Positions 10,134 through 21,101 are shown, counted from the first letter of the stretch. The stretch: 64,000 bases of DNA from an uncultured Gemmatimonadales bacterium (GCA_963842945.1 CAWJIM010000024.1:160001-224000); one strand, 5' to 3'. Notes: generated by a model not told the origin, from the letters alone. Made by a program: numbers and translations.

Positions 10134-13100
10134 TTACCCCGTGCCGCGGAGCGCGCCCAGCAGCTCCAGCATCGTGGGAAGGACGAGGAGGGTCACCGCG
10201 GTGGACACGGCGAGACCTCCGATGACGGCAATGGCTAACGGACGTTGCAGCTCGGCGCCGGAACCCAGTCCCAGCGCCAGCGGAATGAGACCGACCAGAG
10301 TACAGAGCGTGGTCATGAGAATGGGCCGAAGCCGAAGGCGACCGGCCTGAACCAGCGACTCCTCCTCGCTCAGTCCGTCATGCCGGGCGCGAACTGCCGC
10401 GTCCAGCAGGAGAATCCCGTTCTTCACGATCAGGCCCACCAGCAGAATCACGCCCATGAAGCTGGAGACGTTGAACTGCACTCCGGTGAGGGTAAGCATG
10501 ATGATTGCCCCGGTGAGTCCCAGCGGCACCACCAGCACGATCGCCAGTGGCCCGCGAAAGCCGCGGAACTGGGTGACCAGCACGGCCAGGACCGCTCCGA
10601 TGGCCAGCGCGAGCACCGCCAGGAGCTCTCGGAACGACTGCTGCTGGCTGGCGTACTGACCCCCGATTTCCAGGCGGACAGCCGCGGGCAGCGAGACCTT
10701 TTCCAGTGCGGAGCGCACGTCCCGCATCACCGATCCCAAGCTCCGTCCCTCCACTCGTCCCGTGACCGCAACCAGCGGCCGCAGATTCTCTCGAAGCAAT
10801 TCGCTCGCCGACGCTGTGTCGCGGACCGTGCCGAGCTGCGACAGCGGCGCCCATTCCTGGGGGCCGACCACCGGCACCAGGTCCGCCACATCGGGACGGC
10901 TTCGCACGCTGTCGGGAAAGCGAACCCGGATGGTGATCAGCCGGTCCTGCTCGCGAGCAGTGCCGGCCTCGGTGCCGAAGAGCGCGGCCCGCGCGTCGGC
11001 CTCCACCGCGTTCGGCGTGAGACCCAGCCGGGCCACCCGAACCGGATCCAACACGATCCTCAGCTCGGAGTCCTTCCCCGGTACGCCGTTGTAGAGGTCG
11101 ACCAATCCGGGAATAGGCTCGACCGCCTGGGACACCGCCAGCGCGGCGCGCTCAGCCGCAGCCTGATCGCTGCTGAAAAGCTTGAGCTCGACCGGGGCCG
11201 GGGCACCGGCAAGATCGCCGATGATGTCCTGCAGCAGCTGCATGAATTCCACCCGGACGGCCGGGGCCTCCTGTTCGGCGGCCACTCGAACCCGGTCGAT
11301 CACCTCATACACCGAGGAGCTGCGCTGATTCCGCGGCTTGAGCCGCACGGTGAAATCGCCGCTGTTCGGAAGGGTTGCGGCAAACCCCAGCTCCAGGCCC
11401 GTCCGCCGGGTGAAGGCGGCCACATCGGGATCGCGGGCGACGATTCGTTCGATCACCTGGACCTGACGGTTGGTCTCGGCCAGGGCCCCCCCGGGAGGAG
11501 CCCAGTAATCGAGAATGAATCCGCCCTCATCCATCTGGGGGAGAAAGCCGGTGCCCATGATCCGGATGAGCCCGAGGGATCCGACCAACAGAATGGCCAT
11601 GCCCAGCAGCACCAGGCGCCGGCGGGCGAGGGCCCACTCCATCACCCTGCCGTAGCCTCCTTGCAGCCGCTCAAGATGAACGTGAGGGAGCGACCGTTCG
11701 CCGGCCGCGGTTTTCCTGCGCTGAATCCAGTCGATCGCAATCGCCGGGATCACCGTCATCGCGACGATGAACGACAGCAGCACCGCGGTGGCCAGCGCCA
11801 GCGCAAAAGACCGAAAGAAGTCACCCACCACGCCTTGCAGCAGGCCGAGCGGAGCAAACACCACCACGGTGGTCAAGGTCGATCCGGCAACGGGGCCGAA
11901 GATCTCATCGGTGCCTGCCCGGATGACGGCGGCGGGAGGCTCGCCGGGATGCGCCGCCAGCCGCCGCTCGATGTTCTCGACCACCACTACGCCATCGTCG
12001 ATGATGAGCCCGATCGCCACGGCAAGTCCGCCGAGCGACATCAGGTTGAGGGTGTCACCGGCGATCCAGAGCCCGAGCAGCGTGATCGCGACGGTGATCG
12101 GCAGGGTCAGCGCGGCGGCAACCGTGGTGCGGATTCGCCCCAGCAGCAGGAACAACACCAGGACGGCCAACGCGCCGCCGATCAGCATGGCGTCGCGTAC
12201 GCTGCGCATGGAGTCGGCAACCAGCGCCGCCTGGTCGTACACCGGCTCGAGTCGGACACCGGAAGGCAGCAGCGGGCGGATGGAGTCGATCGCCGCCTGC
12301 ACGGCCTCCTTCACCCGAAGAGTGCTTCCATTGGGTTGCCGTGCCACGTTCACCAGAGCGGCCGGCTCCCCGTTTCCGGTGACGATCTGGAACTGATCTG
12401 CGGGAGCGTAACTCACCTTGCCCAGGTCGCCCACCCGGACGACGCGAGCGCCGGTGTGGCGCACCACGATCTGGGCCACCTGCTCCGGGGTGTTGGTGAG
12501 ATCGGATACGATGATGGCGAATTGCTTGTAAGCCCGATCCACCCGTCCCGCTGCGACCGCGACGTCGGTCGTCTGGATGGCTTGGGCCACCTGCGACAAG
12601 CTGACCCGGTTGCTGATCAGTCGAGCCGGATCGAGCTGCACGCTGAGCTCGCGAACCCGGCCACCCTGGACCTGGATTTCGCCCACGTCAGGGAGGCCGG
12701 CCAGACGAGGTCGCACGGTGAACTCCGCGAGATCGCGCAGCACCAGCGGGTCAGCACCCACCAGCTCGTACTGCAGGACGGGAAACACCGACGGCGTGAG
12801 CCGTTCAGCGCTGACCTCGATCTCGGGAGGCAGGGAGGGTTGCAGCGCGGCCAATCGAGCCTGCACCTGGCTCAGCGCCAGCTGCATATCGGCCTGGGGG
12901 CGAAAATCCAGACTCAGCTCGACGGAGCCTCGGACCGTTCGTGCCCGGATCTTTCGAAGATCGAGCAGGCCGCTCATGGCCTGTTCCAGCGGTCGGGTTG
13001 CCGCGACCACCATCTCCTGAGCCTCGAACGTCCCACCGCGTCCGAGCACCACGATGCGGGGATAGGCTACCTCGGGGTAGATGGCGGCAGGCAGCGTGTA

Positions 13101-13187
13101 GAGGGCGTACACCCCGCCGGCAGAGAGCAACGCCGCGATCAGGTAGATCGCGGCGCGATACCGCTCCACGACACCGGCAATGCTCAT
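10134..13187 (-). CDS. RND efflux permease (CusA/CzcA/AcrB family)
   Basis: 1017 aa; LNLMSLGGLAVAIGLIIDDGVVVVENI, RLRPILMTTL, QRPLAIAVIGGL. Confidence 0.93.
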   Translation of the reverse strand: MSIAGVVERYRAAIYLIAALLSAGGVYALYTLPAAIYPEVAYPRIVVLGRGGTFEAQEMVVAATRPLEQAMSGLLDLRKIRARTVRGSVELSLDFRPQADMQLALSQVQARLAALQPSLPPEIEVSAERLTPSVFPVLQYELVGADPLVLRDLAEFTVRPRLAGLPDVGEIQVQGGRVRELSVQLDPARLISNRVSLSQVAQAIQTTDVAVAAGRVDRAYKQFAIIVSDLTNTPEQVAQIVVRHTGARVVRVGDLGKVSYAPADQFQIVTGNGEPAALVNVARQPNGSTLRVKEAVQAAIDSIRPLLPSGVRLEPVYDQAALVADSMRSVRDAMLIGGALAVLVLFLLLGRIRTTVAAALTLPITVAITLLGLWIAGDTLNLMSLGGLAVAIGLIIDDGVVVVENIERRLAAHPGEPPAAVIRAGTDEIFGPVAGSTLTTVVVFAPLGLLQGVVGDFFRSFALALATAVLLSFIVAMTVIPAIAIDWIQRRKTAAGERSLPHVHLERLQGGYGRVMEWALARRRLVLLGMAILLVGSLGLIRIMGTGFLPQMDEGGFILDYWAPPGGALAETNRQVQVIERIVARDPDVAAFTRRTGLELGFAATLPNSGDFTVRLKPRNQRSSSVYEVIDRVRVAAEQEAPAVRVEFMQLLQDIIGDLAGAPAPVELKLFSSDQAAAERAALAVSQAVEPIPGLVDLYNGVPGKDSELRIVLDPVRVARLGLTPNAVEADARAALFGTEAGTAREQDRLITIRVRFPDSVRSRPDVADLVPVVGPQEWAPLSQLGTVRDTASASELLRENLRPLVAVTGRVEGRSLGSVMRDVRSALEKVSLPAAVRLEIGGQYASQQQSFRELLAVLALAIGAVLAVLVTQFRGFRGPLAIVLVVPLGLTGAIIMLTLTGVQFNVSSFMGVILLVGLIVKNGILLLDAAVRARHDGLSEEESLVQAGRLRLRPILMTTLCTLVGLIPLALGLGSGAELQRPLAIAVIGGLAVSTAVTLLVLPTMLELLGALRGTG

Positions 13188-14221
13188 CGCCCCGGCACCA
13201 CCCGCATCCCGTCCTGCAGCCCGAAGGCCCCAGTGGTCACCACTCGCTCACCCGGGCTCAGCTGGCCCTGAACCGCCACCCGCTGCCCCTGGCGCACGCC
13301 CGGAACTACGATGCGCTGGTGGACGACGGAGTCACGGCCTACCACGAAGACGGCGTTGCTGTCTCCGGCGAGTACCACCGCAGAGTCGGGGACGATGAGC
13401 GCCTGCGACTCCACGCCGATCAGCACGCGCGCAGTGGCGCCGGCCCCGGCCAGCAGCCTTCGGTCCGGATTGGGTACCCGGACGACGACTTCGCCGGCAT
13501 TGGTCAGGGAATCCACACCGGGTGCCACAGCCCAAATCTTGGCCGGGTGCGGCGTCGTGTCTCCCTCCTGGAAGACCGTCACCGATAGCCCGCTGTGCAG
13601 CCGGCTGAGCCGGCCGGCTGGGACCGCGACGTGGAGATCCAGCGTATCCACCTCGATGATCTCCGCCAGGGGGGTCCCAGCGTCCACCCGTTCACCCCGC
13701 TGGACTCGTACGGTCTGCACCAGACCCGAGAGTGGAGCGTGGATCCGGGTTCGCTCCACCAATGCCTTGGCCGCCTCCGCCGCGGAGCTGGCCTGGCGGG
13801 CCGTAGCCGCGGCTTCCTCGGCGGCGCGCTCAGAGGTGACGCCGTCGTTGAGCAGGCGAGCCTGACGGTCAGCCTCACGTTGCGCCTGGGCTGCCGCCGC
13901 CTCTTTCTGCCGCGCGTCGGCCGCCAGCTCCGGAACATCGAGATCCAGCAGGGCATCGCCCCGTCTGACCCGACTCCCCACCTGCACCCTCACCGCCGAC
14001 ACGATGCCGGCGGCAGGAGCAGTGAGCAGTGCCGACCCTCCAGGCTTCGGGCCCAGCCTGCCGGTGAGCGACAGCTCATCGCGTATACTGTCGCGGACGA
14101 CGGTGGCTACTCCGACGGGAACTCTGGTCTGCGAGAGTGAATTCGATTCGGCTGATCCGGCTTCCGATCGGCTACATCCGGTGAGCACAGCGAGGCAGCT
14201 GAGCCCGAGCAGACACCTCAT
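13184..14221 (-). CDS. RND periplasmic adaptor (membrane fusion protein)
   Basis: Lipoprotein signal LTGC, lipoyl half-motifs (APAAGIVSAVRVQVG; IHAPLSG), C-terminal GLSPGERVVT-like motif; overlaps both neighbours. Confidence 0.9.
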   Translation of the reverse strand: MRCLLGLSCLAVLTGCSRSEAGSAESNSLSQTRVPVGVATVVRDSIRDELSLTGRLGPKPGGSALLTAPAAGIVSAVRVQVGSRVRRGDALLDLDVPELAADARQKEAAAAQAQREADRQARLLNDGVTSERAAEEAAATARQASSAAEAAKALVERTRIHAPLSGLVQTVRVQRGERVDAGTPLAEIIEVDTLDLHVAVPAGRLSRLHSGLSVTVFQEGDTTPHPAKIWAVAPGVDSLTNAGEVVVRVPNPDRRLLAGAGATARVLIGVESQALIVPDSAVVLAGDSNAVFVVGRDSVVHQRIVVPGVRQGQRVAVQGQLSPGERVVTTGAFGLQDGMRVVPGR

Positions 14222-15399
14222 CGGCTAGCGCCGCCGAGTGTGCTCCAATCGGCCAACGCGGTTTGAAACGCGAGCAGGTCCTGAACTCCGGTCAGGGCGG
14301 CGTCGCGTTCGCTGCGCAGCGCGTCCAGCACCGGCAGGATGCCGGTCTCTCCCGCCTGATAGGCGTGCAAGGCGCGCTGCCGCAGCGCCTGGGCCGCCGG
14401 AAGCAAGCTGTCCCGGGCAAAGCGGGCCCGGATACCACTCTCGACGAGATGAATGCGGGTTGCCTCCACTCGCTGAGCCGCCGTCAATCGAGCCTCCCGG
14501 ACCCGGGCTGCCGCTTCGATGGCTCTTGCCTTTGCCTCGGCGGCGCTGCCCGAGCCGTGGTTCCAGAGCGGCACCGGAATCGAAACCCCGAACACCGCCA
14601 GCGCTCCGGCATTGGGCTCCGCCGGATCCTCCCACTCCGCGCCACCCTGCAGGGTGGGTAAGGGAACTCCCGCGATGCCGGCGCTCCGGGCCAGCGCGTC
14701 GGCCGAGCCGGAATCGGCAACGGCAGCGCGCACCGTCGGTATTCGCTCCAGAGACACCGGCTGGACCGCGAGGTTGTCGAGATCGGCATCGAGTCGGTCC
14801 ACCGGGAGCGGCGGCGCCGCGGGGTCGCGCCCCACGGCCCGGCCGAGGTCGCTGGCCGCAACCCGGGCACTCTCTCGAACCGACGAGAGAGTCTGCCGGG
14901 CGCGGGCTGCATCCGCCCGGGCCTGCTCCGCCTCGAGCAGGGAGATATCACCTGCCCGCAAACGGACATTGCTGATCCGGACCACGGAGTCAGAGAGCGC
15001 GGTCTGCGCGAGGCTGAGACTCTCGGCGATGATGGCCGCGCGTGCGGTGTAATACGCCACCCGAACCTCGCGATCCTGATCGGCGACGGTGAGGGAGGAA
15101 TCGGCCTCCGCGGATCCGATGCCGAAGCGGGCGGCCTCCCGGTCGCGGCCCCGGCGAAGCAGCCACTCGAGGGACTGGTCTACGAGAAGGTGATAACGGG
15201 GCGCGGATTCTGAGTGGCTGTAGCTCACGGTGGGATTGGGTACGGTGCCGGCTACCCGGAGAGCGGCCCGCGCCGCATCGACCCGGGCTGACGCCGCAGC
15301 CACAGCGCCACGGGCAGTATGCGCCTGAGCCAGAGCCTGCTGCAGGGTCAGCGTCTGAGACGGACCCTGCAGCAACAGAAGCGCACTGAGGAGTAGCAT
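14218..15399 (-). CDS. TolC-family outer membrane efflux protein
   Basis: LTLQQALAQA, PNPTVS, SIPVPLWN, AYQAGETGILPVLDA; first gene of the RND operon. Confidence 0.85.
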   Translation of the reverse strand: MLLLSALLLLQGPSQTLTLQQALAQAHTARGAVAAASARVDAARAALRVAGTVPNPTVSYSHSESAPRYHLLVDQSLEWLLRRGRDREAARFGIGSAEADSSLTVADQDREVRVAYYTARAAIIAESLSLAQTALSDSVVRISNVRLRAGDISLLEAEQARADAARARQTLSSVRESARVAASDLGRAVGRDPAAPPLPVDRLDADLDNLAVQPVSLERIPTVRAAVADSGSADALARSAGIAGVPLPTLQGGAEWEDPAEPNAGALAVFGVSIPVPLWNHGSGSAAEAKARAIEAAARVREARLTAAQRVEATRIHLVESGIRARFARDSLLPAAQALRQRALHAYQAGETGILPVLDALRSERDAALTGVQDLLAFQTALADWSTLGGASR

Positions 15400-15488
15400 G
15401 CGCGAACTCGGGGAAAGGGGACAGCCGCTCTGCTACGTCCCGGGACAGGGAGCTGCTAAATGGCCCGATGGAATTCGCGGTGGGACGA

Positions 15489-16037
15489 TCAATGGCCCGA
15501 CGAGTCTCCCCGTCTGTCCGACTCGAACAGGAACCAGGTCCGTCGCTCGGTCTCGTCGATCCACACCTCGATCAGGCTGGCAGTGGCCAGGTCGCGGTGC
15601 TCATCGCAGACGTTGTGCGCCTCGCGCAGCCGCTCGGCCAGACTCTTGTTGTCCTCCCTGAGCTCGGCCAGCATGTCCGACGGCTCCACGAAGTCCGCAT
15701 CATTGTCGCTCACCCGCTGCAGCTGGGCGATGTTTCCAATCGATTTGAGAGTGAGACCACCGATCTTGCGCACCCGCTCGGCGATCGGATCGGTCATGGC
15801 GTACAGCTGATCGGCCTGTTCGTCGAGCAGCAGATGATAGTCCCTGAAATGGGGACCACTCATATGCCAGTGGAAGTTCTTGGTCTTGAGATAGAGGGCG
15901 AAGACATCCGCCAGGATCGCATTCATCATGGCGGAGACTTCCTTGGTGGCCGCGGCGGTCAGGTCGGTCGGCGTCTGTAGCCGGGCATCCCGCCGCTGGG
16001 TCAGAACCTGTCGCTTGGTTGTTGTTGCTGTGCTCAT
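15489..16037 (-). CDS. dps: Dps DNA-protection/ferritin-like protein
   Basis: LYLKTKNFHWHMSGPHFRDYHLLLDEQ...DPIAERVRKIGG ferroxidase motifs. Confidence 0.92.
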   Translation of the reverse strand: MSTATTTKRQVLTQRRDARLQTPTDLTAAATKEVSAMMNAILADVFALYLKTKNFHWHMSGPHFRDYHLLLDEQADQLYAMTDPIAERVRKIGGLTLKSIGNIAQLQRVSDNDADFVEPSDMLAELREDNKSLAERLREAHNVCDEHRDLATASLIEVWIDETERRTWFLFESDRRGDSSGH

Positions 16038-16103
16038 CGGTCTGCCTCGTTCAGGGGGTGAGCTAGCGTCTCCTTGCGAAGCGTAACCCCCCGGCTGAGA
16101 CAA

Positions 16104-18224
16104 TCAAGCAGAAGGTGTTCCTCGCCCCCGGACGGCTTGATCGATCAGCACCCGCACCGCCCCGGCCAGGATCTCCAGCGTGAACGGCTTGCTCAGGAAG
16201 GGATGGTCCGGCTCGATCAGGCCCCGCCGGACCATCTCGTCATCGGTGTAGCCGGACATGAAGAGGACCGGAAGTCCCGGCCTCAGCTCGCGGAGGTGGG
16301 CGGCCAGCTCGCGGCCGTTCATGGATGGCATCGCCACGTCGGTAATGACCAGGTCCAGCCGTCCAATACCGGCCCGGATAGCCTCCAGAGCCTCTGCGCC
16401 GTCCCCCGCGCTGAGCACTCGGTATCCCTCGCTCTCCAGGAGCCGGGCAGTCATGCCAAGGACCGCCTGCTCGTCTTCCACCACCAGCACGACCTCACCT
16501 TCATTGGCGCCGACCAGCTCAGGCTCCTTCATCGGCGGTGCCGCACTCGCAGACACGTCCTTTGGCAGGTAGATCTTGAAGGTGGCGCCCTGGCCCGGCT
16601 CGCTGTATGCCCAGATGTATCCGTCGGATTGCTTCACGATGCCATAGACGGTCGACAGCCCCAGCCCGGTGCCCTGCCCCACCGGCTTGGTGGTGAAGAA
16701 CGGCTCGAACAGGTGGTTCAGGGTCTTGCGGTCGAAGCCGTGCCCGGTGTCGCTCAGGCTGATCAACACATAGGGGCCGGGCCGGATCGCCACATCGGAC
16801 CTGAAACCGGCGTACTCCTGATCCAGCTGGACCGAGCGGGTCTCGATGGTGAGCCGGCCGCCCTGCGGCATGGCATCGCGCGCGTTGAGGGCCAGGTTGA
16901 GCAGCACTTGCTCGATTTGCCCCAGATCGGCGCGTACCGACCCGATCGTCGGGTCGGGACGCAGCACCAGCGTAGTGTCTTCGCCCAGTGTTCGGCGGAG
17001 CACCGGAGCAAACTCCGCAATCACCTGGTTGAGATCGAGCACCTGAGGCCGCAGGATCTGTCGCCGCCCGAAGGCGAGGAGCTGGGCGGTGACCGCCGCA
17101 GTGCGCTGGGCCGCCCGCTGGATGCTCTCCACGTCGGCTCGCACTGGCGGGGGCACATCGCTGCGCTGCAGGATGAAAGAGGCCGCCGAGAGCACCACGC
17201 TCATCTGGTTATTGGTCTCGTGGGCCACTCCTCCGGCGAGCCTGCCCACCGCTTCCATCTGCTGCACCTGGCGAAGATGTTGTTCCACCCGGCGGCGGTG
17301 GGTGACGTCATGGAAGGTGCTCACCGCCGCCACGATGGTTCCGCCTGCGTCCAGAATCGGTGCGGCATTGACGCTCAAGATGGCGCGGATGCCGTCGTGC
17401 CGAATCACTTCAATCTCTTCGCCGTTCACGGTCTCGCCCCGGATTGCGCGAGCGAGCGGCCAATCGTCCGCTTCGTAGGTCCGGCCGTCGCTGTTAAGTC
17501 CGGTGAGTCCGGGTTGTCCGGCGAATTCGCTCGGCAGCTCCTCCGTGCCTCCTCTGAGCTGAGCGACCGTTCGGTTGCGGAAGGTGACCCGGCCTGACGG
17601 GGCCTCGGCCAGAACCACGCCCACCGGGATGTTGTCCAGCACCGTCGCCAGTCGCGCCCGCTCAGCCTCCAGCTCTGCGCGGGCGGCGCGCTCCGCCTGC
17701 CCGAGTCTGGCGTTTTCCGCCACCAGCCGGGCCTGGCGGACTTCCTCGGACAACCGGGCGATCTCGATGGGAGCGGCAGATTGATCGGCGACGGCGGCGA
17801 GCACCATCTCGTCTTCGTCTTCCCAAGGCTCGTTTGCCGGGCGGGTCACCGACAGGAGGCCGGTGACTTCTCCCTGCACGATCAGAGGGATGGCCATGAA
17901 GGAGCCCGGAGCTGAGCCCACGAGCACACTTTGCAGGCGGGTGATGAGGTTCTCGTCCAGCGTTCCCTTAAGGGTGTCGGCCACGCCGGCATCGACCCCT
18001 ACCGAGGCGCGGACGTGGGCCAGCCCATCATCGCCCACCAGCATGACAAGGGTCTGATCTGCATCGAGAATGGCTGCGGCGTGGTTGGCCGCAAGCTGGA
18101 GGATCTGGTCCAGAGACTCCGCCTGCGCCACCGCCCGGCTCAGGCGGGTGAGCTGCCGCAACAGGGTCAGCGCGGGGGGATCGGCCCTGATGCTGCCGCT
18201 GGTCCGGCCGGCGCTACTCGACAT
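16104..18224 (-). CDS. Hybrid sensor histidine kinase (GAF-PAS-HisKA-HATPase-REC)
   Basis: LAGGVAHETNNQ H-box, NLALNARDAM, DTGHG, FEPFFTTK, GTGLGLS, C-terminal receiver with ITDVAMP. Confidence 0.92.
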   Translation of the reverse strand: MSSSAGRTSGSIRADPPALTLLRQLTRLSRAVAQAESLDQILQLAANHAAAILDADQTLVMLVGDDGLAHVRASVGVDAGVADTLKGTLDENLITRLQSVLVGSAPGSFMAIPLIVQGEVTGLLSVTRPANEPWEDEDEMVLAAVADQSAAPIEIARLSEEVRQARLVAENARLGQAERAARAELEAERARLATVLDNIPVGVVLAEAPSGRVTFRNRTVAQLRGGTEELPSEFAGQPGLTGLNSDGRTYEADDWPLARAIRGETVNGEEIEVIRHDGIRAILSVNAAPILDAGGTIVAAVSTFHDVTHRRRVEQHLRQVQQMEAVGRLAGGVAHETNNQMSVVLSAASFILQRSDVPPPVRADVESIQRAAQRTAAVTAQLLAFGRRQILRPQVLDLNQVIAEFAPVLRRTLGEDTTLVLRPDPTIGSVRADLGQIEQVLLNLALNARDAMPQGGRLTIETRSVQLDQEYAGFRSDVAIRPGPYVLISLSDTGHGFDRKTLNHLFEPFFTTKPVGQGTGLGLSTVYGIVKQSDGYIWAYSEPGQGATFKIYLPKDVSASAAPPMKEPELVGANEGEVVLVVEDEQAVLGMTARLLESEGYRVLSAGDGAEALEAIRAGIGRLDLVITDVAMPSMNGRELAAHLRELRPGLPVLFMSGYTDDEMVRRGLIEPDHPFLSKPFTLEILAGAVRVLIDQAVRGRGTPSA

Positions 18225-19633
18225 GCACCCCGCTGCCGGTGATCCGGAGGGTGTGCACCTTGTCGTCGTGGTGGCTGGCTCGGGTCTTATAGATGCTGAT
18301 GTAGCGCCGGAGCCGCTTTCCCCGGTTCACCTCGAGAAGGATCAGGTTGTCGCAGAGGTAGCTCAGGCGTCCGAAGGCCGTCGCCGGAGCCGAGCTTCCC
18401 AGCGGGCCCTGGGCGGTGTCTTCCAGCATCAGCACCGCGGTTATCCCGCGCACCGTGAACCGCTGCACCAGGGCATACAGGTAGTCGTGAACCCGCTGCT
18501 GGTCGCTGGCCGCCATGGACAGGTCGCCCACCGCGTCGATCACCACCCGCCTGATTCCATGGGCCTTGATCAGCTGGAACATCTCGACGATGGTCCGGTC
18601 GATCTGCAGCTCCACGGCGCTGGTGTACAGGAAGTGAAGATCGGGCCGCCCATTGCCGGCCCCCGTGGGATCCAGGGTGTTGAGGATGCTCCCCAACTGC
18701 GTGGGGTTTTCCTGGAAATTCACGTAAAGGGTGGGCTCGCTGGCCGCAGCACCGGCCAGGGCGAATTGCAGTCCCAGGGTGGTTTTTCCCGAGCCGGTGG
18801 GCCCGATGACCAGCGAGGTGGTCCCGCGCCGGAGTCCTCCGCCCAACATGGCATCGAGCCCCTCGATGCCGGTCCCCACCCGCTCGTCGGATATCTGATA
18901 CTCCTTGGGGACAACGCGGACTGACGAGCCGGGGGTAGACCTGGACTCCCTCGGCGGTGATGTGAATGGCGTGGAGCCCCTCCAGGTACGAGCTTCCCCT
19001 GAGCTTACTCACCCGCATGAAGCGCTCGTCGGTGGTCGTCCGCTTCTGGCGGGCGAACTCCACGATCCCGTCTGCCACGGCAAACTCGGGGTAGCGCGCG
19101 ATGTCGTCGAGGCAGTACTCCCCCACCAGGACGGTCGTCGTGGCGTAGGCGCTGAGCAGGCCGCCCAGGGTGGAGATCAGCTCCCGGATTTCACGGGGAG
19201 AGCTCGACAGATCGTGGATGACCTTGAAGGAATCGATGACGATGAGCTTGGGGCCCAGCGTCTCGATTGCGGTGCGGATATGGCTGATGAGGGCACCCGG
19301 ACCCTCCTGCACCAGGGCCGCCCCGATATCCTCGTACACCACCGCTGTTCCCAGCTTGGCCTCGTCATAAAAATGGAACCGCTGGAGATAGGTGATCACC
19401 TTGCTCAACGGCTCCGACAGCGTGGTCAGGTAGAGCACCGGCCGCTCACCGTCTGCGTTGGCGAACAGCAACTGCTCGGCGAAGAGCGTCTTCCCGGTGC
19501 CGGGCTCACCCATCACGATATTGATCGAGCTGGGCAGAAACCCTCCGCCCAGGACTAGATCTGCCTCCCGGTTTCCGGTGGATATCCGGACGTCAGGCGC
19601 GGCTCCGGCAACCCTGTCAGGAGCGGCACTCAT
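18214..19633 (-). CDS. KaiC-like double RecA-fold ATPase (frameshift near 18905)
   Basis: Two domains: ISTGN...GEPGTGKT...VIDSF...KLRGS and GTGIEGLDAMLGGG...GPTGSGKT...VVIDAV...KTRAS. Confidence 0.85.
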
Positions 19634-20082
19634 GGGCGAGACTCCCTAGCTGCGGGGGATTTGCTGTCCTGCCTGGCGGACCGGGCGTTGAGCACGCTGC
19701 GAACCCGTTCTTTCAGCACTTGAGGCGAGAGTGGCTTGGGGAGGAACGCGTCGGCGCCGGCGTCTTTGGCCCGGCTCTCGGCTGACAGCAGGCTGAATAC
19801 GAGAATGGCGATGTCGCTGGTGGCCGGGTCGGACTTGAGCCGGCGGCAGAGCGCCAGACCGTCCAGCTTGGGAACCAGAATTTCGGTGATGATGACGTTG
19901 GGATGGAGCTGTTGGGCCAGCTCCAGCGCCTTCAATCCATCATCGGCAAAAGTGACGCTGAACCCGGCTTCGCTGAGGAAGAACGTCTCCAGCTCCCGCA
20001 CGTAGGGATCGCGTTCCACACACAAGATCACCGCGCGGCCGGGATCGACTGATCCGGACCGGGAAGAAGCCGAAGCGCTCAC
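19630..20082 (-). CDS. Atypical single-domain receiver (Glu at the phosphoacceptor position)
   Basis: ILCVERD...IITEILVPKLDGLALCRRLK...GADAFLPKP; start codon uncertain. Confidence 0.75.
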   Translation of the reverse strand: MSASASSRSGSVDPGRAVILCVERDPYVRELETFFLSEAGFSVTFADDGLKALELAQQLHPNVIITEILVPKLDGLALCRRLKSDPATSDIAILVFSLLSAESRAKDAGADAFLPKPLSPQVLKERVRSVLNARSARQDSKSPAARESRP

Positions 20083-20167
20083 AAAGACCTTAGACAGAAG
20101 ATTGGGGGGCCCGGATCCCAGCCATGAGCAAGTCAAAACTAGGCCTGCTGGTGGCGGAGGCAAGTTA

Positions 20168-21101
20168 TCAGCCGGACCAGTCCCGCGGCTCCAGCATGGC
20201 GAGCAACTCGAGCCTCAAAGGACCCCGCCGGGTACTCCGGCGAATACTCCCAGGCGGCCAACGGCGGCAGGCTCATCAACACGCTCTCGATCCGGGCGCC
20301 GGTCTGCAGGCCGAACAGGGTTCCCCGGTCGTGCACCAGGTTGAACTCGACGTAGCGTCCCCGGCGGGCCAGCTGAAACCGGCGCTCCCGCTCGCCATAG
20401 GCGGTGTCCCGGCGCCGCTCGACAATGGGAGCATAGGCCGACTCGAGGACGCCACCGACGTCGGTCACGAACCCCAGCAGGCGTTCGAGGCAGAGTCCGC
20501 CCTCTCCCGCCCGCAGGTTGTCGAAGAAGATCCCGCCGACCCCCCGCCGTTCGTCGTTCCGGTGCGTGTTTACGAAGTAGTGATCGCACCAGAGCTTGAA
20601 CCGGGGGTAGAAGGCCGGGTGGTGCCGGTCGCAGGCGGCCTTGAGCGTGCGGTGGAAGTGGGCGGCGTCTTCCGGATAGGGATACGTCGGAGTGAGATCG
20701 GTGCCTCCCCCGAACCAGGCATCCACCGGCTCCCCCTCGGCATCCCCGATCTCGAAGTACCGAACGTTGAGGTGAACCGTGGGAATCATCGGGCTCCGGG
20801 GATGGACCACCAGGCTCATTCCGGTCACGAAGAACGTGGCGGCCCGTGCCCCCTGAGCCCCGATTCGCTGCGCCAGGTCCGGCGCCAAAGTGCCTTCGAC
20901 CAGCGAGCGGTTGATGCCGGCTTTCTCGAAGGTGACGCCTTCAGTGAGCGCCCGGCTTACCCCGCCGCCCCCGCCCTCGCGCTCCCACCGGTCTTCCCGA
21001 AAGGCCCCGCCGCGATCCAGCCCGGTAAAGAGCTCGGTAGCCGCATCGTGGAGCTGAGTGATTCGCGCTGTGACCTCGCGGCGGAAGTCCGGCGGCATCA
21101 T
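20168..21101 (-). CDS. hemF: Oxygen-dependent coproporphyrinogen III oxidase
   Basis: FEKAGIN, VHPRSPMIPTVHLNVRYF, WFGGGTDLTP, RGVGGIFFD, RRGRYVEFNLVHDRGTLFGL. C-terminal frameshift (true end probably LEPRDWSG*). Confidence 0.92.

Noticed and set aside
10245..13271. Very long antisense ORFs (also 44844..47471, 58231..59835, 20124..21656, 16074..17597)
   Set aside because: Shadow ORFs opposite well-supported genes, expected in high-GC DNA; no recognisable motifs.
18214..19633. Circadian clock kaiC
   Set aside because: No kaiA or kaiB nearby, and the ST phosphorylation pair is not intact.
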